Positions 47,620 through 61,377 of a stretch of 64,000 nucleotides of DNA are shown piece by piece. Position 1 is the stretch's first letter; each line of letters starts with the position of its first letter. The notes beneath the pieces were generated by a model. It saw nothing but the letters and a program-made list of their open reading frames with translations. It was not told the DNA's origin and ran no database searches. The DNA is taken from assembly GCA_949358305.1 (NCBI GenBank), contig OX442314.1:8370001-8434000 (forward strand), in the 5' to 3' direction. This stretch comes from Strigamia acuminata. Taxonomy: Eukaryota. A program made the translations under genes and the position numbers.

Positions 47620-48339
47620 TTAGTCGTCCCTATAGGAAACACAAGAAAAAATAAGTTAAAAGCAACGCAGATGTGAACAAGGTGCGTTGTTAAAGGTCAA
47701 CTGCACTGAGTGGGTTTTATTTTTTTTCTGACAGAGCCTAATAAAAAATTGTTATTAAACAATGATAAAGGCCCAAATTTTATTTTTTTTAACATGAAAA
47801 ATATTTTTTCATTAGGCTCTATCAGAAAAAAAATAAAACTCACTCGGTGCACTTGACTTTTAAGCCTAATTCACATACATGCATTAACGCATGCGTTTTG
47901 CGCAACAAAGCTGTTTAGTTCACTTGCACGCTTTACTACCGCGCGTTGGCCGAAGCGCCTTGTGACTATTCATGCGCTATAACACACGACGGATGAAGTT
48001 GAAATATTTCAACTTTAAACTTGCGCATTGAAGCTGATGCAACAACACATACATGTGAACTAGCCTTTAGTTACATAAGTTCTTACTTGAACTGTGTACA
48101 AATACAATTCTTCTTGTCATCACATTTTCCCGCAAAACGTCCAGTTGATGCTGCGCAAGTTGATTCACAACCAAAGTCACGGTTGCCAGCACTTAGCATA
48201 CAAGCCAAACTTGTTGCTGTAAAAAAGATACAGATCAATACTTATGAGTGTAAAAACTACAATTTTTAAACCTAAAACGAAACTTACCAACAACATGATG
48301 GATTAAACAGAATAAGCTTAAAATGATTAAAAATTTCAT
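47620..48339 (-). CDS. Defensin-like secreted peptide I (exons 48339-48288, 48216-48087, 47629-47620; 63 aa)
   Basis: MKFLIILSLFCLIHHVVATSLACMLSAGNRDFGCESTCAASTGRFAGKCDDKKNCICTQFKDD*. Confidence 0.92.
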
Positions 48340-48824
48340 TTTTGATGGATGGTCTTGCTGTAGAAAGAGAGAAACTAACGAAGAGCAGATGAAGGACCTT
48401 GTCTTTTACTAGTATGTGTTGCTGATGTGGCAGCGATACTGTATGTACTGTATTTATATGTTTACCAAGCGTCATATGATGCGTGCTTGGTGTACAGGCA
48501 AAATCGTCACCGTGCAGTGTATTGTGGATCAGCGATTGCTTGGCAACACGTTCGAATATATATTAATGCAAAAAATCTTAAAAAATAACATGTTATAATT
48601 TTTTTTATATAATATACATTCGTGTATAAAATCTTCATAGATAACATAAATTAAAATAAATAAAATAACATAAATCTTATAAACTCTCAATTTATCAATT
48701 TCAACTAATAATAATTAATAATTTCAACTAATAAAACCAACACCTGATAACATAGCAACGCCACATTCATCAAACTGCTCCAACCCATTAAAAATAATAT
48801 CTACAAAAAAAAATTACAATTAAA

Positions 48825-49188
48825 CAGTGTTGGGCATGGTACTGGTACTTTCGGCGACCTGTGGTACATCTTGCGAGAAAACACGAGATTTTCGTGTTAT
48901 AAACATCAATAATTTATAAAATGCCTAAAATACTATTAAAAGTTTATTATTAATAATAATTTATAAAATGCCTAAAATACTATTAAAAGTTTATTATTAA
49001 TAATAATTTATAAAATGCCTAAAATACAATTAAAAGTTTATTATTAATAATAATTTATAAAATGCCTAAAATACTACTAAAAGTATATACCGCGGTACAG
49101 TGCTAGGTACCGCGGTACTTTCCAGCACCTGCGCAAGTACCGCGTACTTGTACCGTGGTACACGTCGGGTGTACCACGCCCAACACTG
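48825..49188. mobile_element. hAT-type MITE (right-truncated copies start at ~20722 and ~45554)
   Basis: 8-bp TSD CAATTAAA. TIR CAGTGTTGGGC.TGGTAC / GTACCACGCCCAACACTG. Confidence 0.85.
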
Positions 49189-51480
49189 CAATTAAAACTT
49201 TACGATTAAAATAAAATATTTAACATCGTAGCTATTTTATTTTACTTTATTACCGAAAAATACCGATTTACAGGTTTTTTGAATATTGAATACCGAAATA
49301 CCGGTTTTACCAAAAGTCTCGATTTGGAGAAACCCTACTCTCAACACTCTTAAATCAACTGTACAAACTTCTGGATGTAAGTCAGGAAATCAATGATGGA
49401 CTATAGTTCTAAATTTATTTTTATGTCTTATTTAGGCGACTAAAAAAGTACAGCAAAATACAGCAAAAAAAAAAGCATTTTTAGATTTATTTTCCCGAGC
49501 ATTACCATATAGTTTGGTTTTGGCCTTTCGCTCTTCTTGACAAACTCCTTCAACCTACAAATGGATTTTTTTTTCCAAACTTGATAACCAATTTTCTTCC
49601 TTTTAAACATGTGAAACTGGTGGTTGCAAATCTTGCAGGAAAAAAAGAAATTCACTTTACGTAACCATGGCAACTGACAGCTTCGCTTGATGCTACCAAT
49701 GGTGAGTGGCGAATTTAGCAAATCGAATAACAATTTCAATCCTTTAAACTCGTCCCACTTCAAAAACTCCATTCAAATTGAAGGTCTGACTTGCATTGCA
49801 TGAAACTGATAAAAGAAAAATTTCTTTTCTCCTTATTTTTTTTTTTTTTTGGAAAAAGCGCTTCTAACATCGGACTGCACATTTCAAGCAGTTCATTTTT
49901 ATCTCCTTCGCCATTATCTAATTTTGCTACATTTTTATGACACTTATAAATTTTTTTGTGCTATTTCCCACTCTTATGGGCAAAAAGCCAATAAAATCTA
50001 AAAATAATGCAAACTTTAATCAATTAAAATACTTATGAAGCCCAACCCCACCCTCTGCTTTATCCAATCATCTAAATCACTTAAATCTAATAAAAGATTA
50101 TAAAAATTAGTTTATAAAAGGTAATGTCTACCCACAGATTTTTATTGGTCCACTTCAAACCAAATCTGATATTTACATGATTTAAAATTGCCAAAGACCA
50201 TTCTATAGACCGGGCAAAACTCCGATTCTCTCAAATTCTCTAGAATTAGTTGCAAACCTGCACAAATGTTAATTTATACATTACAAATGAATACTAACTG
50301 AGCTCTAACAGATTCTGAAGAAAGAAATTCAAATTAGCAAAAGTGAGCGGTTGGCGTATAGTTGACGGAACATTAGAAAACCGTGGTTTATTCTAGTTCT
50401 AACAGAATCCAAATTACCAAACTTTGGGTACAAACAATACAAACCATGACTAACTTACTACAAATTTTTCTGCCATGTCTGCTGTAATGTCTGTCGACTA
50501 CACGCACGGATTATCGAAAACCCGATTCTGTAATCCAAGTGTGGGGTGAATTCTTTGGATTTTGACCCGATTTCAACATGTTTTCTGTTGACCGTATTGA
50601 AATTGAACAAGTTAATTTAACTCCTTCAAAGTTAAAAACCAATTCTATAACCAAGTTTTTATAATAATTTTTTTTTATGATTTTGAGTTTAACGCATCTT
50701 GAGACCCAAATCCTTTGAATGGCCTGCAATGACCCAGAACAAAAATACACTTAGATTGAAAAAAAAGACTTCCTAAAATACAAATTAACTGTGTGAAATT
50801 GTCTTTAGCTGACAAAAATAGAAGAAAAAAATTAGATTCATTACATTTGGCACCTTTGTGTCCAATAGTTTGTTCCAACTGACAGGTTTTTGGGTCACTT
50901 CATCTAACCTCCTCTGCCAAGAGATGATTTCAAACTCCACCAGTCTGTCTGAGTGGAAGTGTGGAATTGGCCCCGGTTGACTAAAATGTCAACTTTCTGA
51001 AGATTGGCTAGAATAAACTGTTTCGCAGAGATCATGGTGAAGTGGGCTTTTCTCATCACAAAACTGGATGAACAAACTCATTGATGAAACACAAGCAATA
51101 AATTACTAGCACACATCCAGAAAGTTTTGAAGGGGGTAACTGAAATTTTTTTGGAAATTTTAGCCACAATAAAACATGCTAACCGTGGTTTAAGAGTTAC
51201 CGTAATAACTAATGTGAGATACATTCTCTGCAGCATAATTATTACCCTGTTTACATGTAGTACTCAGTTGTCCCGAAAAGGTAAAATCCGCATTTTATTT
51301 ATCCGAATAACCGTGTGCGTTTACATGTCCCTAGTTTTCTAGTAAACATGATGCCACACATAAATTACCCATAATTCATTTTGATTATCTGGAACAACAA
51401 AATGGTTGTTGATCTATTTTAGCCCCTAAACAAATCAAATTCTGACCGCGGAAATCGTGTTTTTGGCGCATTTCACATTA

Positions 51481-51902
51481 GGTGCGTTCAATCTTAAATT
51501 GATTTCCGAAATCGTGATTTTCTTGATTTTCAGAAATAAAGTAAACCTGATTTCAACTTCGAACGGCCTTAAAATTTCCCAAAATCCAACTGTTGCACAT
51601 GCGCAATTAGAACTGTTGGATAACTTCCTGTTTGCAATTTCAGCCGTTAGATCAACTTACTGTTTCGACATTTAAACAGCCAAAATATCGCGATTTGAGA
51701 GAGCTGAAATCCACTTTGAAATCAAGAAAAGCCACTCGATACTCTAGTTGCAGTCAAAAAGGCACTTTAGACTCTGTAGTCCCATTTTCTGAAATCAGAT
51801 TGCGTTCTTATGACGTAAAAATTGTCATTTCCGGTCTCCTGAAATCAAGAAAATCAAGAAAATCAGCGAAATCAAAGAAATCTATTTAAGATTAAACGCA
51901 CC
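51481..51902. mobile_element. MITE
   Basis: GGTGCGTTCAATCTTAAAT.GATTTC ... GAAATC.ATTTAAGATTAAACGCACC inverted termini. Confidence 0.65.
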
Positions 51903-54840
51903 TATTGTTTCAATACTAAATGTCGTTGGTACCTCGGTCTAACGTATCGTTACTACGACGATTCGACGATCAAAGTTCTTAATTTTCGCACGCACAGTTT
52001 TCAACGTGCAAAACTCTCATAATCTACCTCGCACAACCGGAATTTAGTTTTCCAATAAGTCTTTCTTTTCTGGAAAACTCTTCGTTTACGTGATCAGTTT
52101 TCCAGAAAAGAAAAATTCGCATTTTCACTTATCTAGATAACTGGGTACATTTAAACACGGTAAAGATAAATTCATGAAATACTCAATCGGCGAAGAATAT
52201 GCAGTGAAGCCTACCCACCTAAAACACACTGGTTCTTCTTTAAATCTAAAGATTTTCCGTTTAGTTTCCCATCAACGCACAAAAGAAAAAAAAGATTTCA
52301 TTTCACAAAGGCAAGCGAAAACACTCAGTAAAGGTTCGTTTGCCTCGAGCAACATATGGCGTCTACATAACCGCGTTTCAAATTGTTTGTCACAAATCCC
52401 GGGCAACATTTACACGACAAAAATTGGAGCTTCGATTCCTTCCCACAACAACATCATTATAATTTCATTTTTCATGCACCAGGCTTGAAAACCGATATTT
52501 CCTTTCTCCCTTCTGCTGGATAAATATTTAGATAATTCGTAAATCTCTCTTTTCTCCTGAGAAAACCACACGCAATTTATCGCAGAGTGAAGATGGATGT
52601 TGTAACTGCAGGTGTGGACTGAATAAATGAAATGTTTGGCCTTGGAGTTTGTTTATTGCTGTTTCTAACGCGACTGTGCGTTCCGTATGTTTTGGGATAA
52701 AATTGCGATATCTTATTTAGTCAACAGGTAAATATTGATGGATAGCAAGCTGGTGATGATCCATTCATTTAGCAGCCACTCTGGTGGCCACAAATGAAAA
52801 CACTCATTTCAAAATCATGATGCAAGCGACAATTTTTATGACCGCTATTGAACATCTGAAACCTACCGTTAACTACGACTCAGAGGCGGATTTATGGTTT
52901 GATGGGCCCTTATTGCAACTTTTTTTGGAAAAATAATATCTAAAAATATAATAAATAATTTTCAGATATTATTTTTAACTTCAACATAAAATATAAATTT
53001 AGCACTTTATAATATCCTATAAAAATATAAATTTGGGATGTCCGTTGTCTGCCATTTGTCCGCAAAATAACGACATTTTGTGTCGTTTTGGTCGGATGGC
53101 GCTACAAGCACAAGACAGAATCGCATTACCGTCTAACAATCTGAAGTCCTGTAGTTGATCGTCCTAGGTTCTCATAAGCACTTTCCTGTGGCAGAAATCA
53201 GTCTGTCAATAGAAATTCTGTCAACAGATAAAACTGGTACTCACAAATTTCATTTCCAGCTTTGGAAATGTTTGTCCTCTGCTCACTCACTGGGGAGAGT
53301 TTTGTAAACAATAAAAATGGATGATTAACTCATTGCCATTTCAATTTGGCTTGTGCATTCCAACACATTTCACCATTAAATTTGCCATTAATAATTTAAT
53401 AAATGGGAGTTGGTTTGGTGCATTTAAACCTGAAAGCCTCAAAATGGTGCCAACATAACACACAACAACAATCATTACATTCTAACATGTAGAAAAATAA
53501 TTGGAATAAATTTAATCTCAGTTCCCTACTGCACAAAATCAATATTTCATGGCCCTTTTATAGTTCCAATTTCAAATATCCTCCTTAAAGTGCTAACAAA
53601 ACTGCCAGAATAGTAACAATTTATGAAAGCTGCTGTGACCAGATTAAGAGGAACTAGAACTCCAATAAAGTTTCTTTTACAGGAGACATCTTCAATTCCA
53701 CTCATATCTCTTAATTAAAAATGTTGGAGCAGCAAATAAAAGTAGAGAATCCAAATTGGAAAGTGACCAAAGGTGAGATTTACTTCAACTGAGGAGATTG
53801 ATGGCACACACTACATCAGCAGTGATTGGACATTCACCAATTAGTTAAGGTTCACTAATGTCTTCAACCAGATAACAGATATTGATGAGCCATTTTAAAA
53901 GTAATCTTTGACCTTGGCTTCAAGGTTAACCATTTTCTCTGCCCAGTAAGTAGAATTATAGAAGGGTAAGACCTTACCTCGAGGGTCGTTCCTCAGCCAG
54001 AAGTGACTAATGCTGTTTCTTGGTTTTTCGCGTGTTCTTGGGTTTTTTCTTAACAAGGGGGGCCAGCACCCCACCTTAACTTTTTTTTTTAATGTAATGG
54101 AAAATTGGGCACTTATTTAGTCGCGGTATGGTTAGCACGCATTAGTCATTCCTGGTTTGTGTCTGTAATTTCATTGGTCGGAGCCCCCGAATCTTCAAAA
54201 CTTTGCTCCGTTATTACCGCTGTCTTTGTAATTTATTTATTTGTTTTTCTTTTCTGTTTCAAACTTTTGATTACTTTATGTTATCCATTTCCTTCGGGCT
54301 TCATCCTTTCATTTCCGGGGCGAATCTCTCCCATGATCTTTGATTCAGCGAAACCAGCAATACTGCTTATGACAGGTTAAGTGCCAACTTCCGGAAAGGA
54401 AATTACCCAAATTGAAAACAAAGAAGCTTATCTTTAATTGCCAATTCTCCTCAGCCAATCGCTATATTTTCATCCTACCACACTCCTATGCTTGCAACAA
54501 CTAACAAATTCGTGCCTGTACATTTGTATTCACATAAGGCACCCTTTCAAGAGTAATGGCAACTTGTGATGTCCTAATAAAAACCCACACAACTGGAAAT
54601 TTATTCACACAGGATAGGAAATTGCTAGGTTTCTAGCCAACCTGTTGGAAGTTCCCATCACCAGCAACCATAAAATAGCTTCAAAAAGCCAGCTAATCAA
54701 ATTCAGTGTACACCCACTGATGTTACTAGAAAATTCATCGTATTTATATCCAGAATTCTAAATTTCTAGTTGAATAGACAAAAAAGCGTGAACTTGTAGA
54801 AGTCCGGAGCTTGGAGTAAAAAAAAATCAATTAATTTCTA

Positions 54841-54945
54841 ATTTTTACGTATAAAAATCGAAAAACTCACATTTTTACGTATAAAAATCGAAAAACTCAC
54901 ATTTTTACGTATAAAAATCGAAAAACTCACATTTTTAAGTTAAAA
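54841..54945. repeat. 30-bp minisatellite
   Basis: ATTTTTACGTATAAAAATCGAAAAACTCAC x3 plus a degenerate copy. Confidence 0.9.
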
Positions 54946-56635
54946 AATAGATAACTTTGCGTTTTTATGTTTAAAAAATGTCATTCAATGTGCCACTATC
55001 GCAGTTGCCCCTAACGGAAGAAACCGGTACTAATACCGAACTAAAGACTGTATTCGGTATACCACAAACTACCAGACCCTTCATCCCCTGGTTTCCCAAC
55101 TAAATATTTACCAAAGCTAAATTTTTCATCAAGCATGCCTTTTATAAATAAAGGCCCATAACCCCGGCTCCGGAACCCACCACAGTTGGAGCGCTTTATG
55201 TAATCAGCACCCTCTTTTAATAAAATGCACAATTTGTCGGCCTCGCTGCTGGAGCACTAGCAGACTGGTTTAAAAAATACAAACAAGTTTAAATGACTTT
55301 AGGAATGTAAAATGTATTGATTATTACGCCATCTAGTATTCTTTGTACTCATTATTATGTATCTGTGTTCGAGGCTATGTATCACTGCCGATGATTAAAC
55401 TTGTTACAAATTCAACCAACATGGCGTCTCTCGCCTCGTGATTTCAAGATACGACAGAATGCGTCTATACTCTGTCCATGTGTAACTTGGGCCTATTTCC
55501 GATTGGCTAAGCCTTTTTACTTGTGTAGGGATTCCAAAAATAGATTCGAATACAACACGATCCAGTACTATTCGGGTGAAGACGGTAGTAGTAATTTGCC
55601 GGCTAACCAATGAGAATTAGCGGATTCTCTGGCCGCATAGTTTAGAATCCATTAAAATATTGAATAAATTTTTTATCAAAATTAATAAACCAAAAGCCAC
55701 CAATTCCTGGAAGCTAGAAATTGATTTTTAACAACAAGTGATTATAATTTCATAATAAATGCTCATACAATTTTAATGCCATTTTTCAATCCAATTTCCT
55801 AATTTTAAACTTGACTAGTGAAATCACTTTTGAAGCTAATAAGAATTTAATTCAACCAATTAAGTTAACTAAATTAAAAAAGTAGCATTAGTAACACAAT
55901 CTAAATATCAAATTTCGACTGTTAATTTAAAATTCATCCTTTAATAAACTTGACAAAGCGGAGTCCTCTTTTTTGCTTTTCGCTCGACGAATTAATTTAA
56001 AGTGACACTTTTGCAACACTTTGGGGAGTTTCTCTCATTTCATTAGACAATTAACATTTGTTGAATCAATTACCATCACCAGAACAATCACATAAATATA
56101 AAAAAAATAAAAAATATTGCTTGTGGTTGTTTATTTGCACACGTGTGGAATAAATGACTCCCACAATACTAAAAGAAGAAGAAAAAAAAGAGGAAACAAC
56201 ATTACTTACTTCATCAATTGTCCTGGGTGTTGAAGTGCTGAATTAAGTAGATTGCAGAGCAAAACAACTTGCAACAAACAACAATGGTATTTACAAGTGT
56301 AATTAGGGAATGGATTTGAGAGTAGTGACAATCATTTGTGAGTTATTGGAGTGAGTTTTTATTTTTTATTTTATTGTGATTGATGTGTTGGATGGGTATT
56401 GTGGGTTAAAGGGGCTTTGTTGGTGTTGGAAATGTTCAAGTGGGTTTTTTTTTTTAAAGTGGCTTTACAAATCACACCTGCATTTGATGAGTGTTTGCAC
56501 AAGACTTGACTTTGACAACTGTTCAGTTTGAAATTCAGGTTTGTGAATATTTTTTTTTTAAATTGTAAAGGAAAAAAAGTTATTATATTATTCTTCCAAA
56601 AATTGCCTGAATTTGTATATTTTTTCAAAATTTTC

Positions 56636-56953
56636 AAAATTTATACATTTTCGTATAAAATTTTCTAAATTTATACATTTTCATACAAAAATTGTCTAAA
56701 TTTATACATTTTCATACAAAAATTGTCTAAATTTATACATCTTCATACAAAAATTGTCTAAATTTATACATTTTCATATAAAAATTGTCTAAATTTATAC
56801 ATCTTCATACAAAAATTGTCTAAATTTATACATTTTCATACAAAAATTGTTTAAATTTATACATTTTCATACAAAAATTGTCTAAATTTATACATTTTCA
56901 TACAAAAATTGTCTAAATTTATACATTTTCATACAAAAATTGTCTACATTTAT
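56636..56953. repeat. 31-bp minisatellite (~10 copies)
   Basis: AAATTTATACATTTTCATACAAAAATTGTCT tandem units. Confidence 0.92.
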
Positions 56954-58896
56954 AAAGAAAATTAGCCAGGCTAACCATACCTTGTCATATCTTCAAATTT
57001 ATTGATTTTACCAAAGATAACGAGTCCGATATCGCTCCCAAAACAGTTGAACCAAAATCTAAAATAAAAATTAAATTTATTTTTCAAACTAAAATGTCCA
57101 CAAGAACAAATAAATTATAATTTACTCGATAAATCATTTCGCCCATAATGCTAACTAAGCTGACAATAACTTAATAACAAGCTCCAAAAAATAAAACTTT
57201 GCCAACATTAACTTATATTTTACTACCTTTATAAACCAGCTGTCTTCATCATTTTACAAGCAAACCAAACACTCCAAACTTAATGATTTTGGACTTCTAA
57301 TCTAACATTTGTTTACCTGTCTACCCAGTAGCCATTTCGATAGTATGACATCACAAATGTAATTTAGGAACACTTTAACAGCGATGACATTAATGACTAA
57401 TTATTGCAACAGATGGCACTTTTAGCTTTTATAGGTAAAAGTTATAAGTTACAACCGAGTTACAACAGTATGCAATCGCAAAATGAATGAACTTATAACT
57501 TATAGCTCATAAATCTATAAGTTATAAGTTATAAAAGTATACTCATAAAAAGTGCAATTGCAAAACCTCCATTATACCAGGTGGCCCGAATAAAACCGGC
57601 CCGACAATACAGGGTGTCTGAAAAAAATATTTAAACTGTTCAATTAAATATACATTAATCATTATTCATGGGCAGTGTCGTTTAATTAACGTTTCTGGTG
57701 CAGGTTTTTCCGTTCTTTCATTTGTTGTTTAGTTTTTAACGATCCGAGCTTTCGTTCCTGAGACATTTACGTTTTTAATCAATTATTTAGCTTCTGTGTC
57801 CATTTATAATTTAATATTTGGGTTTCACAAGTACACGGCGATTATCAGATGATCAGTTTTAAAGACGAAAAATGAATAAACTCCTTTGGTGATTTAGCGA
57901 ACAATTCAAATCAGTTCAGTTCAGCTATTGTACACCTAAACAGACATCATTTTCACACTCGTTATTGCTCAAACCAAAACCGCCCCTTTAAAAGTACTGA
58001 ATCAATCTACTCTCGTTGGAGTAGACCACTTCCACTCCTCCACTCTCGTCTCGCTAGAGATTTTCCATTATCTCGTTAGTGTTAATGGTCAATGCTTGTA
58101 CGATCAAACCACTTTGAGCGTTAGATTAAAGCATGAGATAATTTCTTCCAGGATAAAATTTGTCTCCGGTAGTACCTCGACACCAAATTAGCATTCCCCA
58201 ATCCCAAGCTGCCGTACGTTTCCGGGTTCCAAAACCGAGGCGGATTCCTCAAAGAAAACGAAGAAGGCCTTTAATAGCGACGCTAAGAAGAGCGTCGCTT
58301 GTAAGAGCGATCTTGTAAAGCCGACGGCTGAAAAGAGCGACGCTGAAAAGAGCGACGTTGAGAAGACGGATGGCTAAGAAGAGCGACGCTGAGAAGACGG
58401 TTGGCTGAGAAGATGGATGACTAAAAAGAGCGACGCTGAAAAGAGCGACGCAGGAAAGTGATCCTCTAATGATCCTCTAAATGATCCGCCATGGTTGCAG
58501 TCGTTGCAGTTGTTGTAATTGTGGTGAATCGTCCCTAGTTATATACTAGGGTGGCAAAGCGACACGTAAGAACAACGTTACGTGACACCGACGCACGTTA
58601 GAGCGACGTTACAAGTATGGCGTCGTTCTTTTGTAACGTCGCTTATACGTGCGTCGGTCTTCAGCGGGGTCGGTGTTACATGCGACGCACTTCCAAGGCG
58701 TCGCTCTTATTAGGCGTCGCTAATGCCAGCGACGCTTAAATGAAACGAAATTAACGCTGAAAATAGCGACGTCGCTCTTTTCAGCGTCGCTAATGTGGTG
58801 TTTTCCGAAGAAAACGTTTAAAACCGATGCAAAAAGTTACGTTTTTGCGACGTTTTCATCATCAAACATGGTGAACGCGAACTTCGTTCAAGTTAA

Positions 58897-59544
58897 CCCT
58901 CAGATGGTCAACCCTATACCAATTTTGGGACAACACTCTTCTTGAATAGGAAAACTTTTTTTTGGTTTAATATAATTTTCTGAAAATTTCTGACTTTGTT
59001 CACACAACAATAAAGTTTGTCTAAAAAAAAATTTGGAGTGTTCTGTACGTTATTTATTTATTTATTCACCTTTTAAAATTCTGCCCCTTAAAAATCCCAG
59101 CTTAAATTTAAGTTGGCTTTTCCCAATCATATAAAAGCGCTTCAACTTAGTGCTTCCATTTTTTACCAGCTGACGCCGTATGGCGCTAGTAGTCCAACAC
59201 ATGTGATTACGGTATGATTACGGTTCCATTTCTGGCTAAAATATACATTTAAAATAAAAGTTTTCAAGACAAATTAAACTTTTTCACTTAAAATTAATTT
59301 TTTTAGGATAAATTAAACTTTTTCAATTAAAATTAAATTTTTTAGGATAAATTAAACTTTTTCACTTAAAATTAATTTTCTTAGCTTAAAATTAATTTCA
59401 ACAACAGTAGCGCCAAGTGCGACAATTTTTCGCATTACCCTAACAGCGCTTAAGCTAAAGGCCTTCCAGATTTAATTATTTTGTCCCAAATTTGGTACAT
59501 TATGGGCACCAAAGTGTCGTCTTTGGAGATTGTCCATCTGAGGG
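58897..59544. mobile_element. piggyBac-type MITE
   Basis: TTAA|CCCTCAGATGG.CAA ... TTGTCCATCTGAGGG|TTAA. Subterminal inverted TACCAA.TTTGGGACAA. Confidence 0.8.
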
Positions 59545-60912
59545 TTAAAAGTGAACTAAGTTCATTTTTTGCATTCAATTGTAAAAGTGAACTAGTTCGC
59601 GATCTTAGTTCGCAAACGCAAACTAATAGTTCACTAATAGTTCACACTGCCTAGACCGAACTAAACCTTACCCATCCTAAATGGGGCAATATTTTCCGTG
59701 ACATTAGACATCTGCTTTTATGATTTGTATTACTGTACGAACTTCATCGTGGTCGTTTGGAGTTGTTTGTAATTTATTGACATATTTGGTAGGCTCGATT
59801 TGAACCATTAGTTAAGCGTTTCAATATCATCCGACAGCTTTAAAAATAATTACTTTAAGAATTTTCATATAAAAATTTCATCTTTTGACATTTAAAATGC
59901 AATTTCATCAAAATTTACACGGTAGTGGCTGACATCCTACTTTTGTGACATAAATTTTGTTGAAACCCACTGAATTACCTAATTAGCCACCATCAAGGGT
60001 ACTAATTGAACAAGGCAGCTCTTTTCTCATAAAAATTAAATGAGATCATCCAAGAATCCCAGACAACCATAATTCAACACTTCACATTTATACCAACATC
60101 TTCGTCCTTAATGAATTTATTTCCTTGACATTGTTGACAAAGTTAGGATCATCTGACTTAGACAATTCTTACTTTCATGGGTGAAAAATTACTGTAAGGA
60201 GTTTAAGTATTGGCTTCCGTAAACATCCATTGTTCGCTATCTTGTTTGACCTTAATAAATCATCTTTCGCTGTTCTCTAACATTCACGTACGTAACTGAC
60301 TCACACACACAAAAAATGTGCCAAATGTGCGCAATGTAATTTGCATTGATGAATGATGCGTGAACCTAAATTAATACTTTGTTCATCCAGGCCTGTGGTA
60401 ACGTCTTTATGTTCCAACATCATTTATTTTTCAAAGTGGCTGAAAAAAGGAAACTGCCTGAGCCCTGGAGGAGTCGACATTACTCGAGCAAAACTATCGA
60501 CACTCCCACGAGTCCTCAAGCCTGATTCACTAATGATTTTAATCAAGAGAGTTTATCCAACCCGTTGTTGTCGTGTGTAAATTTAGACGATCCTGAGCAA
60601 CCTCCAGAGGTGGCTCAGGCCTAACTGAACTTATGAAAATTAATACATTTGGATTAATTAGCATCTGATGAAGGAAATTACGTTACAAACAGTGCAATAT
60701 AGCCTGGTTTAAAAATATAAACAAGTTTAAATGACTAACTATCCGCTTACACAATTTTACTATCCGTAAACAGTGTTGTATGCGTTACTGAAATTTGGTA
60801 ACTAGTTACCGTTACCTTTACCTGGCCCAAAAAGTAACTAGTTACCAACCGTTACCGTTACATTTTTGACAACTCAGTTACCATTATCGTTACATTACCG
60901 TTATCGTTACCA

Positions 60913-61377
60913 TAAGGGGTTACATTAAATGAGCGATTATTGTGATTAGTTGATTATTGCAATAATCGTAATCACTCAATTATTGAGGGCCTAACAAAAA
61001 TCTGATTATGTGATTATTGCTCCGATGGGCGGAATTGTTTAAATTGTAACCTAAATACGTTTCAATTGTTAAAAAAAAGTTTCTACAACTACCTAACGGT
61101 TTCATGTGTTCGGTTTAACCTAAACTGAACAGACTTTGTTATATTATGACCTTGTGTAGTTGAAGCGGGTCTGGCACCGCCATGTTGGTTTCAGTTGAGA
61201 GAGCACTTATAATCGGCCCAAGTCAGCAGAAATCATGGTTGGGGTGATTACTTGATTAGTTGCTTAGTTGCTTATTTGATGAAATGATTATTTTCGGGAT
61301 TGGTTGAATCCACATAACACATCAAGTACTCGACTAATCAAGTAATCAACTAATCGCTCATTTAATGAAACTCCTTA
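60913..61377. mobile_element. MITE nested in a GTTACC-repeat element
   Basis: TAAGG.GTT.CATTAAATGAGCGATTA ... TAATCGCTCATTTAATGAAACTCCTTA inverted termini. Confidence 0.6.

Noticed and set aside
49440..49772. Possible hAT dimerisation-domain relic (FKGLKLLFDLLNSPLTIGSIKRS)
   Set aside because: The resemblance is weak and short and needs an HMM search.
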